From the NCBI GenBank assembly GCA_031969515.1, contig DALYKF010000031.1, positions 1 to 35,947 on the forward strand: DNA of 35,947 bases, written 5' to 3'. Source of the stretch: Coleofasciculaceae cyanobacterium CTOTU46641. Its GTDB lineage: Bacteria > Cyanobacteriota > Cyanobacteriia > Cyanobacteriales > Coleofasciculaceae. Below, one piece after another: positions 28,575 through 35,947 of this stretch. Both the position numbers and the translations under genes were made by a program. Each line of letters opens with the position of its first letter. The first letter of the stretch is position 1. A model generated the notes under the pieces. It was not told the DNA's origin and made no database searches. It saw only the letters and a list, made by a program, of their open reading frames with translations.

Positions 28575-29411
28575 ATGCCTTACATTGAAGTTCGGGGCGT
28601 TGAGCATTACTACGAATGGATACGAACACCAGACGGATCTCAAGAAAAGCCGATCATTGTGTTTGTTCACGGTTGGGCGGGATCAGCTCGTTATTGGGAG
28701 AGTACAGCTCAAGCGCTATCGGATCGGTTTGATTGTTTGCTCTACGATCTGCGCGGATTTGGTCGCTCAAAGTTACCTCAAGAACCGCTAGAATTACTCT
28801 ATGAAATGGAGGAGTATGCTGAAGATTTGGCGGTGTTGTTAGATGCGCTGGAACTTAACCGAGTTTACATCAATGCTCACTCGTTAGGTGCGTCGGCGGC
28901 AACGATGTTTCTCAACCGTTATCCTGAGCGAGTGGAACGTGCTGTTTTAACCTGTAGCGGTATTTTTGAATATGAAGAGAAATCGTTTGCGGCGTTTCAT
29001 AAGTTCGGTGGTTATGTGGTCAAGTTTCGTCCCCGTTGGTTATCGAGGATTCCGTTTGCGAGTCCCCTCTTTATGGCAAGATTTTTGCATCGTCCGTTAC
29101 CTTTGGCAGTGAGTAAGGCGTTTTTAGAAGATTTCTTGTTAGCGGAGTATGAGGCGGCGTTAGGGACGATGTTGACGGCGGTGAGTCAGTTTGCCGCGGA
29201 GGTGATGCCTCAAGAGTTTGCTCGGCTCAAAGTGCCAACGCTATTAATTTCTGGGCAATACGATCAGATTATCCCGCCAGAGCTGGGACGTAAAGCATCA
29301 CAACTGAGCGAAAAAGTCAAGTATTGGGAGATTCCAGCAACGGCTCACTTTCCCATGTTAGAAGCTCCGGCTGTTTATTTGGAAGGGGTGCGGGAGTTTT
29401 TTGGCAGTTAA
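28575..29411 (+). CDS. Alpha/beta-hydrolase fold protein
   Basis: 278 aa. VFVHGWAGSARYWE and the nucleophile elbow HSLGA are present. The C-terminus has the His motif region. Confidence 0.75.
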   Translation: MPYIEVRGVEHYYEWIRTPDGSQEKPIIVFVHGWAGSARYWESTAQALSDRFDCLLYDLRGFGRSKLPQEPLELLYEMEEYAEDLAVLLDALELNRVYINAHSLGASAATMFLNRYPERVERAVLTCSGIFEYEEKSFAAFHKFGGYVVKFRPRWLSRIPFASPLFMARFLHRPLPLAVSKAFLEDFLLAEYEAALGTMLTAVSQFAAEVMPQEFARLKVPTLLISGQYDQIIPPELGRKASQLSEKVKYWEIPATAHFPMLEAPAVYLEGVREFFGS

Positions 29412-29642
29412 GTGGATAAGTAGGTTGGTACAATTCAAGTTAATTTGTGAGAGTCGTCATTAGTCTTTTATCATTGGTCATTATTGTTTAAATGGGTAGA
29501 AAAATAATTTACCTCTTCAACTCTATATTTACTCCTATAAATAATAAAATTTTATCGATTTCTCAGCAAAAACTAATTTTCAAGTTGGGTATCTTTGTCA
29601 CAATCAAAACCGTTACCCTAAAAAAGTTAAACGGGAGCCACA

Positions 29643-30125
29643 ATGAAACCCTTATTCTTGAGCAGTAGTAGTTTGTTAGTATTAGGATTAATGGCAGGTT
29701 GTCAAAATAGTCAAGTCGGATCTGAACCCTCGACTAGCCAGAAAGAACCCCAAGTGATTGAACTAACTCAAACAGGGTGTCAATTCTTAGAAACAGAAGA
29801 TAAGGATTATCAATTTACGACCAAGAGTGGTGAAGATTGTAAAAAAATAAACTCTCAAACTCTAAGCGATCGCAAGACGGGTTTTAAACCCCTGAATTTA
29901 AAGGCGGGAGACTATATCTTTCGAGTGACTAATCGGAATGTTCCGTATGAATTGGGATTTTACTTGCGCGGAGAGGGCAGCAATCAGTTAACATTACCTA
30001 AAGTGAGTGGTGGTGGACTGACTGAAGGAAAAACTCAAGATTATCCTATTACCCTTCGTCCGGGTAATTATGTATTTAGTTGTCCGCTGAACCCTACCCC
30101 AGATTATCCTTTAGTGGTGCAGTAG
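29643..30125 (+). CDS. Putative lipoprotein of unknown function
   Basis: 160 aa. It has a signal peptide with lipobox LMAGC and a likely beta-rich mature domain with a Cys pair. Its stop is 3 nt before the next gene. Confidence 0.55.
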   Translation: MKPLFLSSSSLLVLGLMAGCQNSQVGSEPSTSQKEPQVIELTQTGCQFLETEDKDYQFTTKSGEDCKKINSQTLSDRKTGFKPLNLKAGDYIFRVTNRNVPYELGFYLRGEGSNQLTLPKVSGGGLTEGKTQDYPITLRPGNYVFSCPLNPTPDYPLVVQ

Positions 30126-30128
30126 GCT

Positions 30129-30740
30129 ATGGAAAGTTGTGATTGGTTAGTAACAGATGATGGACAATGTATAAGCTGTGATTCAATCGATAAGGCTAAA
30201 ATTCCTCTAGATTACTATCGCCTTTATCGATTCCTAACTGATTTAGAAGATATTCTCAAAGATATTAAAGATGACGGCAAACGTCTGGAAAAAATTCGTC
30301 CCTTAGTTCGTCGTTTACTAACCAGTTCCTATTGGCTACAGGGAGAATATCGAGAACCTGATCCGGATAAAGGGTGGTCAGTTTTGATGCTTTATGATGA
30401 GCCAGGGTTTATGTTAACTGTGCAGACAGTAGTCTGGTTGCCAGGGATGGTTTCTCCTATTCACAATCATGGGACTTGGGGAGTAGTAGCGCTGATTAGT
30501 GGCGAGGAAAAAAATACATTTTGGCGACGAACTAACGATCCAGAATTTCCAGATCGGATTGAAGCTGTTGGCGATCGCATTCTCAGTCCAGGAGATATTA
30601 TTAGCTTTACACCTGATGCTATTCATAGTGTAGAAGTCATAGGTGAGGAACCAACGATTACGTTTAATATTTATGGAGAAACTGAGTATGAACAACGATT
30701 TGAATTTGATGTTGTGAATCATACGGCTAAACTGTTTTAA
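30129..30740 (+). CDS. Cysteine dioxygenase type I-like cupin (thiol dioxygenase family)
   Basis: 203 aa. The cupin metal motif is SPIHNHGTWGVV, and a second His lies in DAIHSVEV. The architecture matches the CDO/3-mercaptopropionate dioxygenase family. Confidence 0.65.
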   Translation: MESCDWLVTDDGQCISCDSIDKAKIPLDYYRLYRFLTDLEDILKDIKDDGKRLEKIRPLVRRLLTSSYWLQGEYREPDPDKGWSVLMLYDEPGFMLTVQTVVWLPGMVSPIHNHGTWGVVALISGEEKNTFWRRTNDPEFPDRIEAVGDRILSPGDIISFTPDAIHSVEVIGEEPTITFNIYGETEYEQRFEFDVVNHTAKLF

Positions 30741-30841
30741 TTGTTTGAAGTAGATAGGCATAGGCACAATTAAAGTTAAAACTCGCAGGGGTTAAGAAGT
30801 CCGATTTATTAGAGCCTATTTCAGGCTTATGAAGTACGGTA

Positions 30842-30872
30842 TATCTAAGCAAGATCCCCGACTTCTTGAAGA
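30842..30872. repeat. Perfect 13-bp-stem hairpin (gatccccgacttc ttgaa gaagtcggggatc), with degenerate copies of the AATCCGACTTCT motif nearby
   Basis: Seen directly. It is 100 nt downstream of the cupin gene stop and has no following T-run. Related motifs are at about 30788, 30925 and 31012. Confidence 0.6.
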
Positions 30873-31162
30873 AGTCGGGGATCTGGTGTACCTCACTCAC
30901 CTGAAAAGCGCTGTAAAAAATCCGACTTCTGGGTGTGAGGTTTATTTAATAGATCTGAATAGATTAGGCGGATGGCTGATAGCTGACTCCTAATGGCTAT
31001 AAGCAAGCGCAAAAAATCCTACTCGTCAAGCAGAAAGTCGGCTATAGTCATTTGGTTGAGCAATAGATAGAATAGTAAGAAGCTCTGGAGTAGTTTATCT
31101 GTAAAATTACCCAACTATCCGTTTAAGAGCATCCTATCTCAAGCCTAAGATTCACGTTTGAT

Positions 31163-32584
31163 ATGTCTAAATCCTCAGCTATTGCCGTCGGATCAATTCT
31201 AGAGAAACGCTATCGAATTGTGCGGGAATTGGGACAGGGAGGGTTTGGACGGACTTATCTAGCTGAAGATATTAATCGCTACAATGAGAAGTGTTTACTT
31301 AAAGAATTTGCGCCACAAGTTCTAAGTGTTAGTGATTTGCGAAAAGCTCAAGAATTGTTTGAACGCGAAGCAGGAATGCTCTACAAGTTGCAGCACCCGC
31401 AAATACCACGCTTCCGAGAATTGATATGGGTTAATGTAGGGATAAAAGACTCATTATTCTTAGTCCAAGATTATATAGAAGGTCAAACGTACTGGGATAT
31501 TCTTAAATCTGGTAAGCAGTTTAGTGAGGCAGAAGTTATTGAGTTAATGCTTCAAATTCTACCTGTTTTAGAATACATTCACTCTCAAAATTTACTCCAT
31601 CGTGATATTTCGCCAGACAATTTAATTCAACGAAATTCTGATAAATTACCCTTTTTAATTGACTTTGGCTGTGTGAAGCAACTCGCTACAAATGCTCTAT
31701 CTCAATGTACTGGATTACCAGGTACTGCGGTAGGTAAGCATGGCTACGCGCCAGAGGAACAGATGACGCAAGGAAAGGTTTCTCCATCGAGTGATTTATA
31801 TGCTTTGGCTGTAACAGCTTTGGTATTACTCACGGGAGAAGAACCCCAAGAACTCTATAACAGTTTTAAGGGAACTTGGTGTTGGAAACAAAAGGTAAAT
31901 GTTAATTCAACATTAGATTCTGTTTTAGATAAGATGTTGGCGCATCGAACACGCGATCGCTATTCCTCAGCAACAGAAGTGATTGAAGCACTTAGAAAGG
32001 TAAATTTATCGCCTCAAAAACACTCGAATACCTCCCAGGTAGGTACTGTCGTTGTTGCTCCTAACAAACCGTTACAAAATAAGGTACAAAATAAGGTTAC
32101 GTCATTTGTTACCTCTAAAATCGGTACTATTGTTGTTGCTCCGGGGAAGCGATTACGAAATAATGTCACCGCTTTTATTAGTCAGAAACGCCAGTCTAAC
32201 AAGGGAGAATTAAAAATATTTGCCCGTTCTGCAAGTATTTCTATAGTGACTATAATTGGCATTTTTACCCTAGCTAAATTAGTTTCACAATTACCCCAGT
32301 TCCCGACTATCCAATTCCCTAAAATATCATTACCTTCCCAAGGGGATCAATCTGTTTCTAGAACCGAACAATCACGGCTAGAAAAAATTATCAAGCGCCG
32401 CCAAGCGTTGAAAATTGATCCGGTAGTTTTTAATCAGAATGTTGATCAATTATTTTATGCTCAACATCCAGAATTACAAAATAGGAGCTTGACAAATAAT
32501 CCAGAAGATGCAAAATTTCGACAGGATTGGTATCAAATTGCCGAGGATTTATTAGATAAGGTAGAGAGGGGTGAATCGTTGTAA
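31163..32584 (+). CDS. Ser/Thr protein kinase (Hanks-type) with C-terminal TM segment and extracytoplasmic tail
   Basis: 473 aa. The Gly loop is LGQGGFGRTY, with K in LLKEF, HRDISPDNL and DFG. A TM helix (SISIVTIIGIFTLAKL) is followed by an approximately 100-aa tail. Confidence 0.85.
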   Translation: MSKSSAIAVGSILEKRYRIVRELGQGGFGRTYLAEDINRYNEKCLLKEFAPQVLSVSDLRKAQELFEREAGMLYKLQHPQIPRFRELIWVNVGIKDSLFLVQDYIEGQTYWDILKSGKQFSEAEVIELMLQILPVLEYIHSQNLLHRDISPDNLIQRNSDKLPFLIDFGCVKQLATNALSQCTGLPGTAVGKHGYAPEEQMTQGKVSPSSDLYALAVTALVLLTGEEPQELYNSFKGTWCWKQKVNVNSTLDSVLDKMLAHRTRDRYSSATEVIEALRKVNLSPQKHSNTSQVGTVVVAPNKPLQNKVQNKVTSFVTSKIGTIVVAPGKRLRNNVTAFISQKRQSNKGELKIFARSASISIVTIIGIFTLAKLVSQLPQFPTIQFPKISLPSQGDQSVSRTEQSRLEKIIKRRQALKIDPVVFNQNVDQLFYAQHPELQNRSLTNNPEDAKFRQDWYQIAEDLLDKVERGESL

Positions 32585-32678
32585 GTTATGAGGCGATCGC
32601 TCGTTTATTCATCCCTACTAATAATGAAACGTGGCGAGTCAGGTTAGCCCTAAAACTTAGGAATTTTGGCAAAATCTA

Positions 32679-32993
32679 CTAAGCGTGAATCGCTCCATCA
32701 GGCATTATTGCTCCACGCAAGTTTGCCTGAGTCAAATTAACCTCACCAATGTCGGTTTGGCTGAGGTTTACTCCTGTCAAGTTAGCTTCTGTTAAATTTG
32801 CCCCAGTCATGACAGCAGAATCCAGATTGGCATGACTGAGATTGGCTGCTGTTAAGTTTGCGCCTCTGAGATCTGCACCGCTAAGATTGGCATAACTTAG
32901 ATTAGCTTTTTTGAGTTGTGCCCCCATGAGATTGACTCCTCTAAAGTCTCTTTGTCCTACTGCATATCGACTTAAAACTTCGCTCGTCTTCAT
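32679..32993 (-). CDS. Pentapeptide-repeat protein
   Basis: 104 aa of A(N/D)L(S/T)x pentapeptide repeats (ANLSYANLSGADLRGANLTAANLSHANL...). Confidence 0.8.
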   Translation of the reverse strand: MKTSEVLSRYAVGQRDFRGVNLMGAQLKKANLSYANLSGADLRGANLTAANLSHANLDSAVMTGANLTEANLTGVNLSQTDIGEVNLTQANLRGAIMPDGAIHA

Positions 32994-33044
32994 CGCTTTT
33001 TTGTTTTTTATTAACTATTTTGAATTCTAGTTTAACGCTGGCTT

Positions 33045-33269
33045 CTAGACTGGCATTTCTTGAGCGCAAGAGCTACATCGCCAGTAAAGCCCTGCAAAAC
33101 GCATATGACGGAGTAAAGTGTCTGAGCAGCAAGGGCAACTAGGCTTAATCATCATGGATTGGTTCAGAGTTGTTGCTCTATGGTGTCGGCTCTGACTAAT
33201 GTTTAGGCAAGTCTGCGCTGGGCGGAGGTTTATTAATTTAAGTATCATTTTTATGACCAGCGTAAACAA
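33045..33269 (-). CDS. Possible small zinc-ribbon protein (true start probably the internal Met at about 33155)
   Basis: The C-terminus reads CPCCSDTLLRHMRFAGLYWRCSSCAQEMPV (CxxC-15-CxxC). The N-terminal half of the ORF looks non-coding. Weak. Confidence 0.25.
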   Translation of the reverse strand: MFTLVIKMILKLINLRPAQTCLNISQSRHHRATTLNQSMMIKPSCPCCSDTLLRHMRFAGLYWRCSSCAQEMPV

Positions 33270-33478
33270 TATTTCTATTATACCAGAATATCTTGAAATA
33301 AATTTATTTTGATCTAATTTGCTCCTATTAATTTTCTATAAGAGGCAAGTTTATTTTTTGTGATCTCGCTGGAGTGGACTAAATAAAACTTACCAACTCA
33401 CGGGTAACTTACTTTTGAAGATCTGAATTCGCTACGATTGGATGAATTGAATTTTAGTGAAACTGGCTGAGTTAAAAC

Positions 33479-35911
33479 TCAGACAAGAACGGCTTCTGGC
33501 AATGCTCCTTGCATCTTACCTAAAAAGTTAATTAAATTCTCCAATTGTTGATTTGCCTTAAAAACTCCCAACCCCCGAACTGTCACCTTACCCGGAGAAT
33601 AAACAAAGCGCGATCGCATATGTTCCGGTAAATTTTCCTTAAGTATATTCCAAGCCGGTTCTTCCATCGGCGTTTCCAAAATCACATTCTGTTTCCCTTC
33701 TGGTTTAATCCGACTAAACCCTAATGATTTGGCAATTTGTTTGAGTTCTACTACTTTAATTAACTGTTCAGCAGAAGAGGGAATTGAACCATACCGATCA
33801 CTCCAATCTGCTGCAATTTGTTCTAATTCTTGCTTCGATCCCGCTGCGGCTACGGTTCGATAGGCACTCATTTTTTGCTCTAAATCTGGGATATAATCTG
33901 CGGGAATAAATGCCGTTAAATTCAAATCAATTTGAGTATCATCAACTTTAGGAATTTCCTGTCCTTGAATCTCACGAATTGCCTCTTGTAACATTTCCAT
34001 ATACAGATCAAAACCAATTGCCTCCATCTGTCCCGACTGTTCCGCACCCAAGAGATTTCCGACTCCGCGAATTTCCATATCTCGCGTTGCTAATTGATAG
34101 CCTGAACCCAATTGAGTAAACTCTTGAATCGCTCGTAACCTTTGCCGTGCCGCTTCCGAAAGTTCTCGTTTTTTGGGGTAAAATAACCAAGCGTGAGCTT
34201 GAATTCCTGCCCGTCCAACCCGTCCTCGAAGCTGGTACAATTGAGCCAAACCAAACTTATGAGCATCTTCAATTAAAATCGTATTAACTCTGGGAATATC
34301 TAATCCCGATTCAATAATTGTGGTACAAACTAAGATATCCGCCTCGCCATTACTAAACGCCAACATTGTTGTTTCGAGTTCAGCTTCTGGCATTTGACCA
34401 TGAGCGATCGCTAACCGAATTCCGGGTACCATTTCCCGTAATGTAGCAGCAATTTCTTCAATTCCTTCTATTTTGGGTACAACATAAAAAACTTGTCCAC
34501 CCCGATCTAATTCACTGCGAATGGCTGTCCGAATGGCTTCTCCATCATAAGGCGCTAAATGGGTTTTAATCGGACGACGAGAGGGAGGTGGCGTTGTAAT
34601 TAAACTCATCTCCCGCACTCCAGAAAGAGACATATATAAAGTCCGGGGAATTGGTGTAGCGGTAAGGGTTAGCACATCCACCTGAGTTTTTAAGGTTTTA
34701 ATTTTTTCCTTTTGATTTACCCCAAATCGTTGTTCTTCATCAATAACCAACATTCCCAAATCCCGGAATATTACATCTTTTGCTAATAACTGATGGGTTC
34801 CCACAACCACATCTAATTCCCCCGTAGCAAGGCGGCGTTGGATATCTTTACGTTCTTGGGCAGTACGAAAACGATTCAGTAAACCGACATTAACCGGATA
34901 GGGTGAAAACCGTTCTTTAAGAGTATGATAATGTTGTTGAGTTAGAATAGTGGTGGGAGCTAGAAAAGCGACTTGTTTGCCAGAGGTAATCACTTTAAAA
35001 ATCGCCCGAATGGCAACTTCGGTTTTCCCAAAGCCAACATCGCCACAGACTAACCGATCCATCGGGCGATCGCTTTCTAAATCCCGCTTCACATCTTGTA
35101 CGGCTTTCAGTTGATCCGGTGTCGCTTGATAAGGGAACGAATCTTCTAACTCGTCTTGCCAAGGCGAATCAACCGGAAACGCATAACCCGAACGTTGCGA
35201 TCGCTGGGCATATAATTTTAGTAAATCAACCGCTAATTTCTTAATACTTTTCCGAACCCGATTTTTCGTCGCCTCCCACGCTTTCCCCGACATTTTATTC
35301 AGTTCGGGTGGACGGCTATCGGTAGTCCGAAATCGGGACAGTACTCCGACCTGATCTGCCGCAACTCGTAACAAACCATCCGCATATTGTAAAACTAAAT
35401 ATTCACGAGTTTCGTAATTAAGAGTAAGACTTTCTAATTTCAGAAACTTACCCACGCCATGGCTTTTGTGAACCACATAATCCCCCGGAACAAGTTTATT
35501 CGGATCAACTTGTTTTGAGGCGGCGCGGCGACGCTTGCGAATATAACTGGGAGTGGCTAAGGTATGCTGACCAAAAAATTCTCTATCCGTAACAACAACA
35601 ATTCGGAATGTAGGTAATACAAATCCTTCCAATTCCGCCAATCCCGAATATTTCACCGCGACAGGTGTTTTCTGACTTTGTAACTTATCAATCGCTGGAT
35701 AATCACGGGGATTAGGAACAAATTGCGCCGGACAATCATGTTCTTGTAACAACGAAACCGAACGACTCGGTTGTGCAGAAACTAACCAAATGGAGAATTT
35801 GCGATCGCGTTCCCCTCGAATCACTTCTGCCAACTTCCCAAATTGATGAGGCGTTACCGGGACAGGACGACTCGCCAGATTAATACTATTCTGATTAGTT
35901 TCTTCTGCCAA
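33479..35911 (-). CDS. mfd: Transcription-repair coupling factor (Mfd) lacking the N-terminal UvrB-homology module within this window
   Basis: 810 aa. The RNAP-interacting/TRCF region is [14 protein letters not shown]...[14 protein letters not shown]. The helicase motifs are [24 protein letters not shown] and the TRG motif region. The C-terminal D7 is present. It aligns to E. coli Mfd from about residue 340 onward. The reading frame is open through STRR-like sequence to the window edge (35947), and the start here is a TTG. Confidence 0.8.
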   Translation of the reverse strand: MAEETNQNSINLASRPVPVTPHQFGKLAEVIRGERDRKFSIWLVSAQPSRSVSLLQEHDCPAQFVPNPRDYPAIDKLQSQKTPVAVKYSGLAELEGFVLPTFRIVVVTDREFFGQHTLATPSYIRKRRRAASKQVDPNKLVPGDYVVHKSHGVGKFLKLESLTLNYETREYLVLQYADGLLRVAADQVGVLSRFRTTDSRPPELNKMSGKAWEATKNRVRKSIKKLAVDLLKLYAQRSQRSGYAFPVDSPWQDELEDSFPYQATPDQLKAVQDVKRDLESDRPMDRLVCGDVGFGKTEVAIRAIFKVITSGKQVAFLAPTTILTQQHYHTLKERFSPYPVNVGLLNRFRTAQERKDIQRRLATGELDVVVGTHQLLAKDVIFRDLGMLVIDEEQRFGVNQKEKIKTLKTQVDVLTLTATPIPRTLYMSLSGVREMSLITTPPPSRRPIKTHLAPYDGEAIRTAIRSELDRGGQVFYVVPKIEGIEEIAATLREMVPGIRLAIAHGQMPEAELETTMLAFSNGEADILVCTTIIESGLDIPRVNTILIEDAHKFGLAQLYQLRGRVGRAGIQAHAWLFYPKKRELSEAARQRLRAIQEFTQLGSGYQLATRDMEIRGVGNLLGAEQSGQMEAIGFDLYMEMLQEAIREIQGQEIPKVDDTQIDLNLTAFIPADYIPDLEQKMSAYRTVAAAGSKQELEQIAADWSDRYGSIPSSAEQLIKVVELKQIAKSLGFSRIKPEGKQNVILETPMEEPAWNILKENLPEHMRSRFVYSPGKVTVRGLGVFKANQQLENLINFLGKMQGALPEAVLV

Positions 35912-35926
35912 TTCTGACAGATAAAC

Positions 35927-35947
35927 AAGGGGGAGTGGGGAGTGGGG
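35927..35947. repeat. STRR heptamer repeat (GGGGAGT) at the window edge
   Basis: The window ends with gggggagtggggagtgggg, within the frame open upstream of mfd. Confidence 0.6.

Noticed and set aside
34008-34272. 60-aa ORFs within mfd
   Set aside because: They are same-strand alternative frames inside a strongly supported helicase coding region.

Overview
This 36-kb window looks cyanobacterial, probably from a filamentous, Nostocales-like organism. The evidence is frequent HIP1 octamers (GCGATCGC), STRR-like heptamer tandem repeats (GGGGAGT/CCCCACT and CAACAAC/TTGTTAG families) in intergenic spacers, pentapeptide-repeat and Ser/Thr-kinase genes, and a very large hybrid histidine kinase. Housekeeping genes lie at the two ends: glyS, a 1514-aa hybrid sensor kinase, a tandem pair of M16 peptidases, an RTX-repeat protein, an OmpR-type regulator, a hydrolase, a cysteine-dioxygenase-like cupin, a Ser/Thr kinase and mfd. 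The middle (about 7.4-19.5 kb) is an accessory region with four parts. (1) An array of toxin-antitoxin gene pairs, several of them decaying: VapBC, DUF433/DUF5615, an RHH antitoxin next to a Doc remnant, an unknown two-gene pair, and an AbrB-type VapBC. All are on the minus strand, tightly packed, and separated by 135-220-bp structured composite repeats in an integron-cassette-like layout. (2) A NACHT-family STAND NTPase gene cluster with small partner genes. (3) A 1.8-kb islet bounded by 67-bp direct repeats, carrying a Panacea-domain antitoxin plus an unknown putative toxin and a possible integrase remnant. (4) A full-length homologue of eukaryotic major vault protein. No rRNA, tRNA or CRISPR features were seen. 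All calls come from reading the translations and the DNA by eye; no database searches were run.
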